DNA of 57,539 nucleotides from positions 226,514 through 284,052 of the forward strand of contig NW_018408904.1 in the NCBI RefSeq assembly GCF_002113885.1. The letters run 5' to 3'. Source of the DNA: Mizuhopecten yessoensis. Its lineage: Eukaryota. Made by a program: the position numbers and the translations under genes. Position 1 is the stretch's first letter. Every line of letters starts with the position of its first letter. Positions 53,435 through 57,539 of the stretch are shown in pieces. The notes under the pieces were generated by a model, which had not been told where the DNA came from, ran no database searches, and was given only the letters and a program-made list of their open reading frames with translations.

Positions 53435-54633
53435 CCAGCCATGACCTTATACTTTATACTTTTATACTTTACTATTCCTATTCCAATTATACTCCACAAA
53501 TAAGTAACTTTACCTACTTTTCTATAAATGGTATTCTTCTACGGACATAGGAGTTTTAAGTTGAGCATGTTTGTTTGTTGTTGTTTGTTGTAAGATTTGT
53601 TCAATCTGTCTTGTTTTACAGTTTCCATCTTATACATTGAATTACACATAGACTAGCTATCTATTTTCATATTAAACTACAATACCTTAACAGTTTTGGC
53701 GACTGTGACCTGTGCATATATTTGCACATGGACTTTTGGTCAATGTCTGCCAATATCTGTGTGATTTGATAGCTATATAGCTTATATACAATTGTAAAAT
53801 GTTATAAAAATAAATAATACCTGTGGAAGTGTTTTGTGTGTGATGTGAGAAGTGTGAATGTATTTGTATTTCAGTTATGTTAATTAAGAAGGAGTTACAT
53901 CCCTTTAATATTTTTTTTTTATAATTTTCATTTCAAAATTGATGTATTAACTTAATCAAATAAAAATAATAGAATCCATTAATTTAGCCACTGCTGGAGA
54001 GAATTTATATAGGCTTTGCCTGTTATTCCATCCAATTGACTTGTATCATCTTTGTCAATAAAATTTGTTGAAATGAAAAAATGACTTAGGAATTTATTTT
54101 TGGTGTGTGTGTCCTCTGCCACTGTTGCTATCAGCGGCATCTTTCCATAGTATGACAGCATTTAAACATTTTTGTCATAAATTTGATTTATTAATTTGCA
54201 AAGTTCGATCATATCTCCCTAAATTCTCATGAGAGCCAGTGTTCCTCTTCTTCCAATAAAGTACAGTCCACCATCTGGTGTATTGACCTACTTGCATGTG
54301 CGCAGTGAGTAGAACCGCAAGTGGTGCGGATAAAAACAACTATATATACAGTGCACCTGTCTATCGAAGCCTGGTGTGCTGCAGCTCAGCCTTAAGCTGT
54401 TCCAGGGAGCTGTACGTTATGGTGTTAACGAGTATATGACATAAGCTGGTGTGGGTGTGCATGTGTGTGCGAGGAAAACGAATTACAACATTTTATATAT
54501 TTAAGCATTGTACATAGCTACCGGAAATAGAAGAAGACTGATATAGGCAAAGCTTGTTGTCTTGGTCTTTTGTCAATACTGTTCTAATATCTTCTTTAAT
54601 GTTAACTTATATGTTTGTACTATATATGTATTG

Positions 54634-55311
54634 TCAATAAAGTACTTTTGAAATTGAAATGGTGTTAGCTGGTAGACTGTTCAACAGCCTGATCACGTCA
54701 GGAAAGAAGGAGCGTTTGTAATGTTGTGTCCTTGCGTATGGCACCAGGAACTTCAGTTCATGACCCCGCCTCGCTACTCCCACTGGGGTGAGGTGTGTAG
54801 CGGGTATATACATCAGTATGACATTGGACTGTGCCCTACGTTCATGAAGCCACTGGAGTTGTTGCAGCATAGATCTAGACGACACACTGCTGGTAGTGTG
54901 GTAGTCACCGGTGACAGATCTGGCTGACCCACGCTGCACCATCTCAAGTTTGTTGATTTTGTTGGCTGTGGAGGGATCCCAAATTACACTGGCATACTCC
55001 ATAATTGGTCTTACATGTGTCTTATAGCACAGTTCCTTGGTGTTTCGTGGACACTGGTAGATGAAAGCTCTGGTGTTGTTAGCTTTCTTAGCGACCTGAT
55101 TGATGTGGTCAATCCAGCTTAAGCTGCTGTGGATGTTCACTCTGAGGTATTTTGCTGACCCTACCTCCTCTAGGATGTGGCCATGGATGCATGGTGTATG
55201 GATATTTTATCAGAGATCTTTTAGTTCCTCCAGGTTCTTGATTTCTCTGTACATCACACAGTCGTCAGCAAAGAGCCGCGCGGTGGAACCATTGGTGATG
55301 TACTCTGGAAG
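54634..55311 (-). mobile_element. 5'-truncated, decayed CR1/L2-group LINE ORF2 (reverse transcriptase C-terminal half)
   Basis: LPEYITNGSTARLFADDCVMYREI (RT catalytic FADD), stops/deletion, then SAKYL..LSWIDHI..KKAN..YKTHVRPIMEYASVIWDP..LEMVQR..SFFP..NSLP. Confidence 0.88.
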
Positions 55312-55973
55312 AGTAGGAATAGGATCGGCCCAAGCACGCTACGTATACCCTGAGGCACACCGGAGAGCGGCCACCGGAGAGTACAGGAGTGTTGGTACTT
55401 TATATATAGTTTCTCCAACCTCTCACTGTAGGTCAGATCCTTCCTTCCCGGTATACTTTGCTCTTCTTCGAACTCACCCTATCTTTTCAATGTGTTTTTG
55501 TAGGTGTGCATGTATTGTAGAACGAATATTCATATCCTGCCTACTCTCCGCTCCGACCATCTATCAGAAATCGTCCGTCCGTCGTACAGAGCTACTTTAT
55601 CGCAGCTAATGTGCATGGTGCCCACAAAGGACTATCATAGATCAGTTGTGATCTTAAAAGGTATTTATGTAGCGGAATTAACGACTTGCCGGGAGGTAAT
55701 TAATATAGACTGTTATACATAATATTCAAAGTTATTTATATATAACAAATGTAGTTTCTCTCCACCGGACTCTATATTGATATCAGATATACGATGTATT
55801 TTGAATACCATAGGTTGGAATAATTGCTAGTATGGAAATGAGGGAGGGGGTTGGGTCAAGGGAGGGGGTTTCAGGTTAGCAACTGTTTACATTTTCATTT
55901 GCGTTTTTCTTATCCTGTAAATAGCGCAACCCACTAAAGTAAAGCGCTTTTTTAACGCTGATTGAAAGAAAGC

Positions 55974-57241
55974 ATGGCGAAATTAACTGAGCAGCTTGAT
56001 CACGTTGACGTCCAGGGCTTTACAGGTATTGCAGAAATCTCAAACAGGAACATCCCCAGGAAAGTTAAATACAAATGTTACAGATGTTTAGTTGTTTTCA
56101 ATACATTCCCTCAAAATCCAAGTCTCCACGCTCGCTACACATATCTTCACTGCACCCCTGATATTACCTGGCAATGGCAGGTCTTGAATGTTTGCAATGT
56201 GATTTGTTTGATTGGTGTCAGGTTTACATTTCGTTTGAAGATTACTGCGGAGATAACCTCAATTTAAGAACCTGTCGATTTTACCGTTACGCTGCTGCGT
56301 AATTCATTTGATCGTTATCAAATACACAAGCCCGGGTTTCCTCTGACCCCTACAACATTTTGATGTCTGGTGTGGACACTATTATATGAAAACATTGAAT
56401 TCTCTGACAGTTTGGTGGCGGAAAGTTCTTCACCAACAGCTGCTATATTCCGTCAGTAGAGTCCTTTGTGTTCAATCATTCAAAATTTCCCACCTGAGCG
56501 ACACCAGTTTGCAGATTATGTAAACTACATGAAAGTGACTCATCAACAAAAAGAGCCAGTCCTGAGTTCACTTTAATAGAAAAAAACATTCCATTTTGGT
56601 CCAGACCAGTACGATTTGTTGATTAGTCACTTAAGAAAGAGAAGTTTGGACAGCATGACCAGTTAAAGGTCATTTTTCTTCCTAAACATGTTTGCTTTTG
56701 AAATATCTCAAAAGTGTTTGAGTATCATTATAATTAGTGGTCCAATTTCAGGGTAACTGTTAACATAACTCAAAAAATATTATTATCAGAAAATTGCATT
56801 TGAACTCTCTGACCTCAATCTCTTCAAGTTTTGATTTTGTGTTGCTGCTACATGTATGTTGGGAATGATTTTGACAAACAAATCTGAATTCCAAAAGCTG
56901 AGTTTATTAAGTACTAATGAGGAAAGTAAATGTAGATGTTTATGAAAATAATCAGTGTGAAAATGTGCCTTCTGGAAAAAGTAAAAAAACAATGCTGTAG
57001 TCAGTTGTAATTCAACTACTCTAGGTTGAATTGATTTTCTTCATGTTTTAATGGATATTATAGTATCGTTGTTAAACCAAATGTATTTCTTACTATTTCA
57101 GTTGTTCAAGTGAAGTACTGTGAAAAAAGTAAAGCAACCCATTGTATTTACTTGAAGGAGCACAGTGTCCGTGAGGGAGATAAATGTAAACCAAAGGAAA
57201 CCACACTGTTTCTACTGAACATACCACCCTATTGTAAGGAG
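55974..57241 (+). CDS. RRP7A: Ribosomal RNA-processing protein 7 homolog A, first two coding exons (gene continues beyond the window)
   Basis: Exon 55974-56025 (MAKLTEQLDHVDVQGFT, G|gtattg) joins in phase 1 to exon 57102-57241 (VVQVKYCEKSKATHCIYLKEHSVREGDKCKPKETTLFLLNIPPYCKE|gtaag). This resembles the RRP7A N-terminus GY..IPIKF..HYLYVR.H..RTLFVLNVPPYC. Confidence 0.85.
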
Positions 57242-57539
57242 GTAAGAACTGTTTCTACTGAACATACCACTACTGTAAGAAGGTAAGAATACCACCCTAT
57301 TGTAAGGAGGTAAGAATACCACCCTTCTGTAAGGAGGTAAGAATACCATCCTATTGTAAGGAGGTAAGAATACCACCCTATTGTAAGGAGGTAAGAATAC
57401 CACCCTATTGTAAGGGGTAAGAACAGTTTCTACTGAACATACCACCCTACTGTAAGGAGATAAAAACTGTTTCTACTGAACATACCCCCCACCCCCCTAA
57501 TGTAAGGAGGTAAGAACAGTTTCTACTGAACATACCCCC
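57207..57539 (+). repeat. Tandem duplications (27-bp and ~41-50-bp units) of the RRP7A exon-2 3' end plus 5' splice donor
   Basis: ATACCACCCTATTGTAAGGAG|GTAAGA repeated; GTAAG copies at 57242, 57283, 57310, 57337, 57364, 57391, 57417 and 57510. Confidence 0.93.

Noticed and set aside
54266-54280. CTCF-like motif (CACCAGATGGTGG on the minus strand)
   Set aside because: Single imperfect motif with no supporting evidence.
55962-56267. 101-aa ORF as a stand-alone gene
   Set aside because: Only 55974-56025 is exonic (RRP7A exon 1); the rest is intron read-through.

Overview
AT-rich, intron-rich animal genomic DNA, most likely a bivalve mollusc (inferred from the Helentron/HINE-type repeats; species not determinable from sequence alone). 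I reconstructed five protein-coding genes by hand, checking splice phases. (1) An intronless ARF-family GTPase (-, 12-659) with Arg in place of the catalytic switch-II Gln. (2) ERI2, a DEDDh exonuclease with a GRF zinc finger (-, 8 exons). (3) REXO5, a DEDDh exonuclease (+, 13 exons), head-to-head with ERI2 across ~290 bp. (4) NAA60 (-, 5 coding exons), whose last intron is a U12-type AT-AC intron. (5) The first two exons of RRP7A (+); its second exon is absent from the ORF track. Introns and intergenic DNA hold many minisatellites, HINE-like non-autonomous elements (one nested), two LINE 3' fragments and two assembly gaps. The most unusual signal is two tandem arrays built from splice sites. 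About 46 copies of the REXO5 exon-12 acceptor plus the first 15 exon nt precede the real exon, each followed by an in-frame stop. About 8 copies of the RRP7A exon-2 end plus donor follow the real donor.
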